Origin: an uncultured bacterium
GTDB lineage: Bacteria; Fidelibacterota; Marinisomatia; Marinisomatales; UBA1611
DNA: 64,000 nucleotides
Assembly (NCBI GenBank): GCA_943788175.1
Contig: CALSPG010000001.1
Coordinates: 1 to 64,000, forward strand
Direction: 5' to 3'
Position 1 is the stretch's first letter. Each line of letters begins with the position of its first letter. Below, piece by piece: positions 1-10,902 of this stretch. The position numbers and the translations under genes are program-made. The notes below the pieces were generated by a model. The model had not been told where the DNA came from. It saw only the letters and a list, made by a program, of their open reading frames with translations, and did not search any database.

Positions 1-921
1 CAAATTCTGCCCGAATTGAACAGAAATAATATTCATATTAAATACATTTTAAGTGAGACTGGAATCAATGGTAATCAACTAGCAAAAAAATATGGTATAA
101 ATTATAATACTACTAATATAAATGACATAATGAATGATAATGAGGTCGAGTCAGTTATCATTTCTAGCAGGCATGATAGCCATGCAAAATATTCAATAGA
201 ATCTATTAAAAATGGAAAAAAAGTATTTGTAGAAAAACCATTAGCAATAAATAACAAAGAATTAACAGAATTAATTGATGTAATCAATGGTAAGAAAGAT
301 GCAACATTAATGGTGGGATTCAATAGAAGATTCTCAAAACATTTAAAATATATTAGAAATAAAGTCGGCGATAGATTAATAAACATTTCAATTACTATGA
401 ATGCTGGATATATACCTTTAGATCATTGGGTGCATGACCCAATGATTGGGGGAGGAAGAGTAATCGGGGAGTGTTGTCACTTAATAGATGTTGCAGTTTA
501 TTTATCAGGTTCAATGGTTAAAAGTATATGCATGAATGGCATTGGAGATAAAAATCCTGTGAAAAATGACAATGTTAGTTTGTTGATAAAACATTTTAAT
601 GGTTCAAATACATCAATAAATTATTTTTCAAACGGTTCAAAAATTTATCCAAAAGAAAAAGTGGAGGTTTTTTGCTCTAATAAAATTTTTTACGTGGATA
701 ATTATAAAACTACTACTGTTTTTACCTCAAATAAGAAAAAAAATGTAATAAAAAAAGTCGACAAGGGGTGGGCTTCTCAGTTTTCAGAATATTCAAAATT
801 TATAAAAAATGGAGGCAAGCCATTAATTTCATTTGAACAGATTATTAATGTTAGTAGAGCTACTATTTCTGCAATTGAATCACTTAAAACAAAAAAATGG
901 ATTGACGTAGAACAACTTTAA
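1..921 (+). CDS. Gfo/Idh/MocA oxidoreductase domain, probably the C-terminal half of a bi-domain oxidoreductase of a polysaccharide cluster (5' truncated by window)
   Basis: VFVEKPLA, MVGFNRRFS and GGGRVIGECCHLID motifs; frame open from base 1. Confidence 0.85.
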   Translation, partial: QILPELNRNNIHIKYILSETGINGNQLAKKYGINYNTTNINDIMNDNEVESVIISSRHDSHAKYSIESIKNGKKVFVEKPLAINNKELTELIDVINGKKDATLMVGFNRRFSKHLKYIRNKVGDRLINISITMNAGYIPLDHWVHDPMIGGGRVIGECCHLIDVAVYLSGSMVKSICMNGIGDKNPVKNDNVSLLIKHFNGSNTSINYFSNGSKIYPKEKVEVFCSNKIFYVDNYKTTTVFTSNKKKNVIKKVDKGWASQFSEYSKFIKNGGKPLISFEQIINVSRATISAIESLKTKKWIDVEQL

Positions 922-936
922 AATAATTAATATTAA

Positions 937-1908
937 ATGGGAAGATTAAAGTACTGGAAGAGGATAATTCAATCATATTTACTAAATAATGTAAGCCAAC
1001 TTGATTTCTGGCATGGTGAACCGAAGAAGAATTTTGATACTGATATTAATAAATTAAGTCAGTATTATATGCTATTCCATAATAAGGCACTTTATGATGG
1101 TAATTTAGATTCAAATGGGATACCGATGCTAAACTATCATGGTCATATAGGTTTACAGTACAACCCAATAGCTATAAGCCAATGGGGTTTGGGTAACTAT
1201 AACTTATGGATTAAAAATAAACAAAAAGAAAATTACAATAAGTTTATAGCTTGTTCTGAATGGTTAGTAGATAATCTTGTTGAAAATGAACATGGATTAT
1301 GGGTCTGGATGCATGAATTTGATTGGGAGTACAAGGAAACATTAAAATCACCATGGTATTCTGGTTTAGCTCAAGGACAGGGCTTATCTGTTATTGTTAG
1401 AGCATGGGAAGAAACTAGAGATAATAAATATAGAATTGCTTGTGACAGAGTATATAAATCTTTTGAAACTAATATTACTGATGGTGGTGTCATGTATTTA
1501 GATGAAAAAAATCAAAAGTGGATCGAAGAATATATATTAGATGAGCCTACGCATATTTTAAATGGTTTCATTTGGTCTATTTGGGGCGTATATGATTATT
1601 ATTTATCATTTAATTCAGAAAATGTAAAGTGCTTGTTTGATGAATTTATTTCCACAATTGAAAATGAACTTGATAGTTATGATATTGGTTACTGGTCTTT
1701 ATATGAACTCTCTGAAAATAAAATAAAAATGATTTGTAGTAATTTTTATCATCAACTTCATATAGTACAATTAGATATTTTATATGATATTTCGAAAAAA
1801 AATAAGTTTAAAGAAACTTCCTTAAAGTGGGCTCGCTATTCGAAAAATAAATTAAAAAAATACTTTTCTCTTTTTCATAAAATAATATTTAAGGTTTTTT
1901 ACTATTAA
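937..1908 (+). CDS. D-glucuronyl C5-epimerase family protein
   Basis: YNPIAISQWGL, WYSGLAQGQGLS, HILNGFIW, GYWSLYEL and FYHQLHIVQL match the C5-epimerase C-terminal domain. Confidence 0.85.
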   Translation: MGRLKYWKRIIQSYLLNNVSQLDFWHGEPKKNFDTDINKLSQYYMLFHNKALYDGNLDSNGIPMLNYHGHIGLQYNPIAISQWGLGNYNLWIKNKQKENYNKFIACSEWLVDNLVENEHGLWVWMHEFDWEYKETLKSPWYSGLAQGQGLSVIVRAWEETRDNKYRIACDRVYKSFETNITDGGVMYLDEKNQKWIEEYILDEPTHILNGFIWSIWGVYDYYLSFNSENVKCLFDEFISTIENELDSYDIGYWSLYELSENKIKMICSNFYHQLHIVQLDILYDISKKNKFKETSLKWARYSKNKLKKYFSLFHKIIFKVFYY

Positions 1909-3121
1909 AATTTTATTTTTAACTGACTTCTTCCCTCCGGAAGTTAATGCACCGGCTACTAGAACATACGAGCATTGTAAACATTGGGTTGAAAAGGGTG
2001 CAAATGTTACAATAATTACGGGTGCCCCAAATTTTCCAGATGGGAACCTTTATGATGGTTATAAAAATATGATTTATCAAAAGGAAATTTTAGATGGAAT
2101 TAAAATAATAAGAGTATGGACATACATTGCAAAAAATAAGGGCTTTTTCAGGAGGTCAATCGATCAATTTAGCTATGCTTTTAATTCATTAATTGCAGGA
2201 ATTTTTCTGGACTTTGATATAATTATTGCTACATCGCCATCTTTTTTTACTACATGGTCTGCTTTTTTTTTAAGTAAAATTAAAAAAAAACCTTGGGTTT
2301 TTGAACTAAGAGATATTTGGCCAAAGTCTATAAATAGTTTGAAAGTAATGAAAAAAGGATTTCTTTTAAACCTGCTTGAAAATATTGAACTAATACTATA
2401 CAAAGATTGTGATTTAATAATACCTGTTACTTCGTCGTTTAAGACTTACTTAATAAAAAAAGGAATTGATGAGTCAAAAATTCATGTAGTGACTAATGGA
2501 GTTAATCATGATTTCTTTAAAGCTGGTAAGGCTGATCAAAAATTAGTAAAACAGCTTAACCTCACGGATAAAGTTATAATTGGTTACTTTGGAACAGTAG
2601 GTATGGCTCATTCAATAGATTTTGTAGTTAAAACAATTAGTAAGCTATCTTCAAAAAATATTTCTCTATTAATTGTTGGATCTGGAGCTATGAGAGATGA
2701 AATTGAGCATTTAATTAAATCTCAGGGTTTTAAAAACATTGTTATGCTACCATCTATGAAAAAAGATAAATTATTAAAATATATGAGTATTATTGACTTT
2801 GCAATCGTTCCATTAATTAAGTCTGAAGCTTTTAAAGAAGTTCTGCCCTCTAAAATTTTTGAAGCTGCTGCTTTGGAAAAACCAATAATTCTTGGTGTTG
2901 AAGGCGAGGCGAAAGAAATGATTTTAAAATATAATGCAGGAATTTGTTACATACCTGAAGATGAGAATAGTTTAACAACAGTAATTGATAAATTAGTTGA
3001 GAACAATAAATTAATTGTAGATTATAAAAGTGGTTGTAATAAATTATCCTCAGACTTTAATAGAAAAAAATTATCTCAACACATGTATAGTATCTTGTTA
3101 AAATTTTATACTGAAAATTAA
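1904..3121 (+). CDS. Glycosyltransferase family 4 (WbuB-like); real N-terminus lies upstream of the ORF-track start
   Basis: In-frame upstream sequence IKILFLTDFFPPEVNAPATRTYEH from ATT at 1904; ELRDIWP and LPSKIFE motifs. Confidence 0.85.
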   Translation: MKILFLTDFFPPEVNAPATRTYEHCKHWVEKGANVTIITGAPNFPDGNLYDGYKNMIYQKEILDGIKIIRVWTYIAKNKGFFRRSIDQFSYAFNSLIAGIFLDFDIIIATSPSFFTTWSAFFLSKIKKKPWVFELRDIWPKSINSLKVMKKGFLLNLLENIELILYKDCDLIIPVTSSFKTYLIKKGIDESKIHVVTNGVNHDFFKAGKADQKLVKQLNLTDKVIIGYFGTVGMAHSIDFVVKTISKLSSKNISLLIVGSGAMRDEIEHLIKSQGFKNIVMLPSMKKDKLLKYMSIIDFAIVPLIKSEAFKEVLPSKIFEAAALEKPIILGVEGEAKEMILKYNAGICYIPEDENSLTTVIDKLVENNKLIVDYKSGCNKLSSDFNRKKLSQHMYSILLKFYTEN

Positions 3122-3125
3122 TTTC

Positions 3126-3677
3126 ATGTTATCTAGAATAATAGCCTTGTTATTTATATTACTTTTATCTCCGTTATATCTTTTCATTTCAATAGTTATT
3201 TTTCTCGGTAACGGAAGACCTATTTTTATCACTCAAAATAGAACATTAATAGGAAAAAAAAATATTAGACTTTATAAATTTAGAACAATGAAGATCGGTA
3301 CTCCAGATAAAGCGTCCAGATTATTAAGTGGTCCAGAAAAATATATATTAAGCACTGGTAAAGTACTTAGACAGTGGAGTTTAGATGAATTACCACAATT
3401 GTTCAACGTTTTTAAAGGTGAAATGAATTTTATCGGTCCGAGACCATTGCTTGAAAATGAACGAGATGTATTTAAAATGAGAATTGATAAGAATATCATT
3501 GAAATTGAACCTGGTATTACTGGCTGGGCTCAAGTCAATGGCAGGGATAACATTACTAATGAAGAGCGAGTAGAATACGATTATTTTTACATGAAAAATA
3601 GAAGTATCATTTTTGATTTTAAAATTCTTGTCATGACATTTATCAAAACAATTCTGCGAAAGGATATTTCGCATTAA
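3126..3677 (+). CDS. Bacterial sugar transferase (undecaprenyl-phosphate phosphoglycosyltransferase)
   Basis: YKFRTM, SLDELPQLFNV, GPRP and PGITGWAQVNGR motifs. Confidence 0.92.
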   Translation: MLSRIIALLFILLLSPLYLFISIVIFLGNGRPIFITQNRTLIGKKNIRLYKFRTMKIGTPDKASRLLSGPEKYILSTGKVLRQWSLDELPQLFNVFKGEMNFIGPRPLLENERDVFKMRIDKNIIEIEPGITGWAQVNGRDNITNEERVEYDYFYMKNRSIIFDFKILVMTFIKTILRKDISH

Positions 3678-4738
3678 TTCTAATAAAATTATTTTCATTG
3701 TGGGAGCCAGGCCAAATTTTGTTAAAATAGCTCCAATTCTTAATGTATATAAAAAAAATAATTCAGACTTTGTACTAGTTCATACAGGTCAACATTATGA
3801 TAAAAATATGTCTGATGATTTTTTTACAGATTTAAGTATGCCGCAGCCTGATTACTTTTTAGGAGTTGGCTCAGGAACACATGCCTCTCAAACTGCTAAA
3901 GTAATGGTTAAGTTTGAAGAGATTTGCTTAAAAATTAGGCCAAAATTAGTTGTTGTTCCTGGCGATGTTAATTCAACTCTTGCATGTGCGATTGTATGTT
4001 CAAAGTTACATGTTCCAGTAGCACATGTCGAAGCTGGATTAAGATCTTTTGATAAAAAAATGCCAGAAGAAATTAATAGAATACTTACAGACAGGATAAG
4101 TGATATTTTATTTGTTACTGAAAAAAGTGGATTAATTAACCTTGAAAAGGAAGGAATCAGCTCAGATAAAATACACTTTGTAGGAAATACAATGATAGAT
4201 TCTTTAGTTAAGTATTTAGATAGAGCAATTAGTCTAAAAGAGTGGGAAAATTCTAGTTTGACAAAAAATAATTATTGTTTATTAACAATGCATAGGCCCT
4301 CAAATGTTGATGATGTTAAAAATATAGAAAAAGTATTTGACATAATTAAATTTTTCTCTGATAAAATCAATTTTATTTTGCCAGTACACCCAAGACTTAA
4401 AAAAACCATAACAAGTTTGGAAGCTTCACAGCCAAAAAACTTACTTGTAATTAATCCTTTACCATATATAAAATTTTTAAGTTTATTATACGGGGCTAAG
4501 ATTGTTGTAACAGATAGTGGTGGTGTTCAAGAAGAGTCAACATTCCTAAAAATACCATGTATTACTCTTAGAGAAAATACTGAAAGACCAGTAACTATTG
4601 AACATGGAACAAATTATCTTACGGGGTTAAATGTGAAATTAATTACTAAAACATTTGATAACATTTTTAAAAGGTAAATTAAAAACCTCTAAAGAAATTA
4701 AGTTTTGGGATGGAAATTCTTCCCAGAAAATTTTATGA
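3673..4738 (+). CDS. wecB: UDP-N-acetylglucosamine 2-epimerase (non-hydrolysing); frameshift near 3' end, end coordinate approximate
   Basis: VGARPNF, HTGQHYD, HVEAGLRS, TDSGGVQEE and ENTERP; conserved 'FWDGNSSQKI' tail continues in another frame after 4677. Confidence 0.88.
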
Positions 4739-4759
4739 AATATTAGAAGGATATCAAGC

Positions 4760-6170
4760 CTGAAGTTCATTTTACCTAGTTCTTTATTTTTTCATCATTA
4801 ATTATTGGACAGAGTTATTCTACAGATTTCTTTATCTACAATGACAATGAAAGTGACCTTGATCATGGTATAGGGTGGAGTAATAACTCCAGCTTTCCTC
4901 AGCTTAGACCGGAACATTTAAATAAAAAAAATAAACCTACAACTTATGACTCTTTAAACATAGATCTCAGCCTTGGAGCAATTTCTAATAACAAAGATAT
5001 TGGTTTATTATCTTATAGTAGTTTTTCATTTAAAAATGTTTATGCCTTTGCATACAATCGTATAGTAACAAATCCTTCATCATTTGACCGATTTTCTGGA
5101 AAAGCTAGAAAAGTTAGAAGGTTTGGATTCAATTCTTTTGAAACTGATCAATCTGGAATAGGTTATCAATAAAGATAATTATTTTATACAGTTTGGTAGA
5201 GGCCGACAAATTTGGGGAGTTGGTACTGATATGCAAATAAGCCTCAGTAAATATTCCAATCCTTACGATTATGGAATAATTTCTTTTTTATATAATAATT
5301 ATAGATTTGTTTATTTTCATGGCTATCTTGAAAATATTGAGGGTTGGAACAGGTATATTAATGGAAGAGGAATAGAGTTTAATAATTATAATAATTTTTT
5401 GATTAGCTTAAGTGAAATAATCATTTATAGTGGTAAAAATAGACCTTTTGATTTTGCCTACTTAAATCCAATTTTATTCCATTTTGAAATCGAGATGAAC
5501 GAAAGACAAAATAATCTAGAGCTAAGCGATGGAAGTGCAAATGCTGTTTGGCAATTTTCCATTTGATTATTTTTCTAAAAACCAAATTTAGAATTTCTTT
5601 TAATTTTATAATAGATGAACTTGTGATTGATAAAATTGAGAGAGAATCAAAGAAGGATAATGGATTAGGATACTCCTTAAAAATTTCTAAAAGTGTTTTA
5701 AATAAAGGAGAAAGAAATCTAAGTTTTTATGCCACTAGCATAGCAATTGGCACCCATACTTTTAGACATGATGTTGGTACCAATAATTTTGTTAATAGAG
5801 GGACGTCCCTCTAGGATGGCAGGGAGGTAGTGATTCAAAGCAAGGATCAATAGGTTTTATTTTTTAAGAATAAAAGCTCTTTAATAATAGATGGAGAAAT
5901 TATTAAATATACTTTTGGCAAAGAGTCTTTAATAAATAGCTCTTATTTACCTTACCAAGAATTTTCAGATTACCTTAAAACATCTTTTCCAAAGTGGTTT
6001 GATAAAAAACTAATTATATTACTAAATTAAGAATTCAATATATACATACCGAAAAATCTGAAGTATCAGTATCTCTAAAAATCGGTGATTATTCTGATCA
6101 AAAATAAATCTAAAAATGAACTTAAAATATTTTTTGCTTACTATTTTGATTTTATTTACTATAATAAATT
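4760..6170 (+). pseudogene. Multiply frameshifted outer-membrane capsule-assembly (Wzi-like) protein; boundaries approximate
   Basis: Fragments GRGRQIWG, PFDFAYLNP, IDELVID and LGWQGGSDS spread over several frames (ORFs 5231-5566, 5548-5814). Confidence 0.45.
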
Positions 6171-6244
6171 TTCATTAAGAAAATAATATTTTTTTAACAA
6201 CAACAAATAATAAACATCAACTCTATTTTAGCTAGTACCCGGTT

Positions 6245-6912
6245 CTATTCTAATTTTATAATTCGCAATATTATACTCCATCCGTCCTTTAGTTTTAATT
6301 TTTTACCCTCTTTTACACTTCTTCTTTTATAATGTATTAGTACTTGCTCAATTGATGCTTTTTTTAAAACAAGTTTAAGCCAAAGTTTCAGCCTCGATAC
6401 TAAAATTACGACTTTTTATTTTTAATGATTTAAATAGTTCCTTATCTAATATTCTAACACAACATAGAACATCCTTAAAATTAGATTTAAATAAAAAATT
6501 AAATATTCCATTGATTAGATAGTTTCCAAAAGAATTAATATTTGAAAAGATATGTTTATTATTTTCCCAACCTCATGCCTACAAGCACATCTTTATTACT
6601 TGACTCAAAATTTTTAATCAACTCTGGTATTTGATTTAGATGTATCTCTAAGTCCACCATCAATTAAGATAATATTTTTTTTTGTAGCTAGTTCGAGACC
6701 TTTAGTTATAGAAAACCCTTTGCCATCTATTTTTATTGTTGTGAATTATTTTAAATGAGTTTTGTTTCTCAAGCAAAGATTTTGTTTTATCAGTTACTTC
6801 CGTCATTTATTATTATGATTTCTATAATTCGAGAATATTTATCTAAAATTTTTAATAACCTATTTACCGCCTTTTCCTCATTATAAACTGGTATTATTAA
6901 TGAATATTTCAT
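6245..6912 (-). pseudogene. Frameshifted glycosyltransferase family 2 (DPM1-like)
   Basis: Reverse strand begins MKYSLIIPVYNEEK and ends KLKLKDGWSIILRIIKLE*; several internal indels. Confidence 0.7.
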
Positions 6913-6959
6913 TTCAAAGAAAAATAAAAATTTTATTTTTGCATGATAGTTAAGTTGAG

Positions 6960-8292
6960 CTAACCTTGACCTAATCTTCGAATATGCTTTCCATTTTTAC
7001 TTTTAAATATATTCCTAGTATCTAAAATTAATTGAGCATGATTATATACTAGTTCATAATCCACATTTGTATGATCGGTAACGATAACACATGCGTCGTA
7101 AGATTTTAATTTCTTTTTTTTCAGAATTTTTTGACTTTTTATTAAAATCTCGTCAAAGTCTAAAGCAGGTACGAAAGGATCAAAATAATCTATTCTTGCG
7201 CCTCCTTCGATGATGTAAAAGTTGTATTATATCTATGCGCAGGTGACTCTCGTAGTGTCATTTATATCTTTTTTATAGGCTACACCCAATAATTAAGTAT
7301 TTTTACTTCCATTTACTGGCCTTATGGATTTCTGTTTAGATGCCGCAGCTTATTAGCTCTCAACTACATGTTCGAGGCATTTGGGTATTGATTTCACCCG
7401 CTAGTTTTATAAACCGTGCATCGTAATCCAGATGTTTTTAACTTCCATGATAGGTAATAGTGAGGATCTATCGGTATGCAAATGTCCTCCTAGTCCGGGA
7501 CCTGGCGTAAAATTTTCATAAAACCGAATGGTTTTGTCGCTGCCGCATCTATTACTTCCCATGCATTGACTCCTAATTTTTCACACATGATTGCAACTTC
7601 ATTCGCTAGCCCAATGTTTATAGCTCGGAATGTGTTCTCTAGTAATTTTACCATTTCAGCAGTTTCAGGAGAGCTAACAATAATTACTTCATTTATAATC
7701 GTTGAATACAATTTTTTCCCAGTTTCAGAGCATTCTGGAGTTAAGCCGCCAATTATCTTTGGTGTGTTACTAGTATTATATGTTTTATTGCCAGGGTCTA
7801 TTCTTTCAGGACTAAAACATAAATAGATATTTTTACCAAGACTCAAATTATCATTTTCAATATAAGGAAGTATTAATTCTCTAGTACTTCCAGGGTATGT
7901 AGTACTTTCTAAAATAATTATCATATCAGGGTGAAGATAATCTTTTATTTTTTCCATTACTGAAACTATGAAAGAAATATCTGGGTTTTTTTCCTTATTT
8001 AATGGAGTCGGGACGCATATTGATATAGCATCAAGATTTTTAACTATACTAAAATCGTAGTTCCCTTTCAATAATCCTTTTTTAACAGCATTCTTTAAGT
8101 CTTTCATCATCTCACATCATTTATATAATTTTTTCCATCATTTAGAGCATTTATTTTATTTTGATCTATATCAATACCTGTCACTTGGTATCCAGCATTA
8201 ACAATTCCATTGCAAGAGGTAAGCCAACATAACCAAGGCCAATTACACCAACTTTAGCACTTCTAGTATCAATTTTTTCTAATTAAGTTCAT
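6960..8292 (-). pseudogene. Frameshifted nucleotide-sugar dehydrogenase (WbpA/WecC-like)
   Basis: GVIGLGYVGLPLA, ICVPTP, ESTTYPG, FSPERIDPG and KLLENTFR; C-terminus DTRNIFK...RRLGQG*; broken by indels. Confidence 0.85.
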
Positions 8293-8391
8293 TTATATTT
8301 TATTTAGTTTATTATTGTTTGTTGAAGGATGAAATTTATTCTAAAAATGTGACTAATACATGACTAAATTTTAGTAAAAAAAGTAGGTTTT

Positions 8392-8583
8392 ATGCTAAAA
8401 AATATTGATAAAAGAGTACGTTTAGCTGTTGGAATTCTCTTTATTATTGGTTCACTATTTGGTGGATTAGTTGGATATGATTTGAGGAGTGTTGGTCAAC
8501 AATATAATCATATTTGGGTTCTATCTATTATTGCGCTCTATGCTGGTTTTGACTGGATATCTAAAGCATTCGATGAAAACTAA
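8392..8583 (+). CDS. Small two-helix membrane protein
   Basis: 63-aa ORF with two hydrophobic segments, AGG upstream, overlaps start of next gene. Confidence 0.6.
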   Translation: MLKNIDKRVRLAVGILFIIGSLFGGLVGYDLRSVGQQYNHIWVLSIIALYAGFDWISKAFDEN

Positions 8584-9955
8584 GCAATTAAACTCAATAA
8601 ACCCGAAAAATACTTTAAAAATAAGATCTTGGAATGTCTTCTCCCAAAAGAAGATTGAAACTATCGTTAGAGACACTAGTGATGCTCAAATTATTTGGAA
8701 AACGATAAAACTAGATTCAAAGCTCAGCTTAATAAAAAAACTGAGCGTCACTTTAAAAGATAATATCAAAAATTTTAGTGCTTTAATGGCTGATGAAATG
8801 GGAAAACCATTAGCTCAAGGTGAAGCTGAAATAAATAAATGTATTTGGTTATGTACTTATTACTATAGATAATGCTGAAGCATTTCTATCATCTGAACAG
8901 ATTGAAACTGAATTTTATAAAAGCTATATATCTTTTCAACCTTTAGGGATTAGTATTTGGTATTATGCCATGGAATTTTCCTTTTTGGCAAGTATTTAGA
9001 TATGCAGTGCCCGCTCTAATAGTTGGAAATGGCGTTTTATTAAAACACGCTTCTAATGTTCAAGGGTGTGCCAATGCTATAGAAAAATGTTTTAATGATG
9101 CAGGTTTTCCTGAACATATATTTAAGAACTTACAGATTCCAAGCGAAATGGTTGCAGGAGTAATTGAAAATAATAAAGTTGCTGGGGTTGCTTTCACTGG
9201 TAGTACCTTAGCTGGGAGGGCCGTCGCAAAAAAAGCTGGTGAGTTTTTAAAAAAAACAATTTTAGAACTTGGAGGCAATGATCCATATATTATTTTAGAT
9301 GATGCTAATATTGATAAAGCTGTTGAAGCATGTATTCAAGGCAGGCTCTTAAATACAGGTCAAAGTTGTATTTCAGCAAAACGATTAATAGTAACTAATA
9401 AAAACATTTTTTCTTTTACTAACAAACTTATAGCTATTCTAAAATCCAAAGTGGTAGGAGACCCTTATGACGATGTTGATATTGGGCCATTAGTTTCACT
9501 AATTGCAAGAGAGGAGGTACATGAATTAGTGTCTGAAGTCTATTCAACTTGGTGCTAAAGTCAAATTAGGTGGACAGATGCCAAAAACAAAAGGAGCTTA
9601 TTACCCAATTACAGTTATGACGAATGTTAAACCGGGAATGCCGGCATTCGATGAAGAGATTTTCGGTCCTGTGTTTTCTATTATCGAAGCTGAGAATGAT
9701 GAAGAGGCTATTCGCCTGGCAAATAATAGTAAATATGGGTTGGGAGCTGCTGTTTTTACCGATGATATCAAGAAAGGTGAAATGATAGCAAATGAAAAAT
9801 TTGAGGCAGGATTATGTTTTGTAAATGATTATGTTAAATCAGATCCAAGGTTACCTTTTGGTGGCGTGAAGATGTCCGGTCATGGTCGAGAATTATCTAG
9901 CTATGGATTAAAAGAATTTGTTAATATTAAAACAGTTGTTGTAAAAAGTACATAA
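8573..9955 (+). pseudogene. NAD(P)-dependent succinate-semialdehyde dehydrogenase (Sad/GabD-like), split by frameshifts
   Basis: EMGKP, MPWNFPFWQ, LKHAS, FTGST, LELGGND, GQSCIS, EEIFGPV and PFGGVKMSG in three consecutive ORFs. Confidence 0.88.
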
Positions 9956-9969
9956 TAGTACGCTGTTAT

Positions 9970-10467
9970 ATGTTAAAAAGAATCTTTATAATATTAATTT
10001 CAATTTTTTACTATACGAATGCTCAAGAAAATCGTCTTTTCTGGGATGGCCGGGAGTGGAATAGTATAAGAAAACAAGTCAAATATGTTGATGAAATGGA
10101 ACATAAGATTAAAAGTACTTACATAAACGGAGTATTAGATGGGAGATTATATGGGTATTTGAAAACATGGTCAGAAAATGCGATGCTCGCAAATGATGTT
10201 TTTGGTGAACAAGTAGATTATCTAACAGTTAGGCAAGTGGTTAAAAACCTTAATCATTTTTATGAAGACCCTCTTAATAGTTACATACCTATACCTTCAG
10301 CTATAGTCATAGCCAACTTGTACGGAAAGCGCGTTCCTTTAGATATTATTGAAAAATATATTAAGGATTCAAGAGATTGGGTCAATAGTCTTACGATAGA
10401 ACTAGATACGTTAGACTATAGCAAGCTAATAGAAGAAAAATATCTAAAAACTAAAAAAAATAATTAA
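9970..10467 (+). CDS. Exported hypothetical protein
   Basis: Signal-peptide-like N-terminus, 165 aa. Confidence 0.65.
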   Translation: MLKRIFIILISIFYYTNAQENRLFWDGREWNSIRKQVKYVDEMEHKIKSTYINGVLDGRLYGYLKTWSENAMLANDVFGEQVDYLTVRQVVKNLNHFYEDPLNSYIPIPSAIVIANLYGKRVPLDIIEKYIKDSRDWVNSLTIELDTLDYSKLIEEKYLKTKKNN

Positions 10468-10877
10468 TCTATCCTGATAAATCCTATGTCGGGGTGCCAA
10501 GTAAAAACTCTTGACTCACCAATAAATCTAATTTTTGATATTAAAAAATTATATGTATTGGGTATTGTTTTCTTTGGCTTTTCAAACGAAATGCTTCTTG
10601 TTGTAGAAAAACCCTTTTGAAGGGGCGGTTCATATCCGTAAACCAAAACAATTCGTTTTTCATCAATTAAGTTTTTATCTGAGTCTTTTTCAATTACAAA
10701 GCCTTCAACATAATCTAACGGTTTATCCATTAAATTAGTAATCTGTATATTAACCATGGTTCTACTATCATTTACTAGCCTTGTTCTTATGTCTAATTCA
10801 AAAGGTCTATTATTTTGAGAGCTTACAAAGCTTATGAAAATGATTATACTGATTATAAATTTTTGAGCTTTAAACAT
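10464..10877 (-). CDS. Exported hypothetical protein
   Basis: Signal-peptide-like N-terminus, 137 aa. Confidence 0.6.
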   Translation of the reverse strand: MFKAQKFIISIIIFISFVSSQNNRPFELDIRTRLVNDSRTMVNIQITNLMDKPLDYVEGFVIEKDSDKNLIDEKRIVLVYGYEPPLQKGFSTTRSISFEKPKKTIPNTYNFLISKIRFIGESRVFTWHPDIGFIRID

Positions 10878-10902
10878 TATTATAAATTAATATAAAAATA
10901 TT

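Noticed and set aside
8489-8572. Extended N-terminus of the aldehyde dehydrogenase
   Set aside because: It overlaps the 63-aa membrane gene; family similarity begins at the ATG at 8573 (MKTKQLNSINP)
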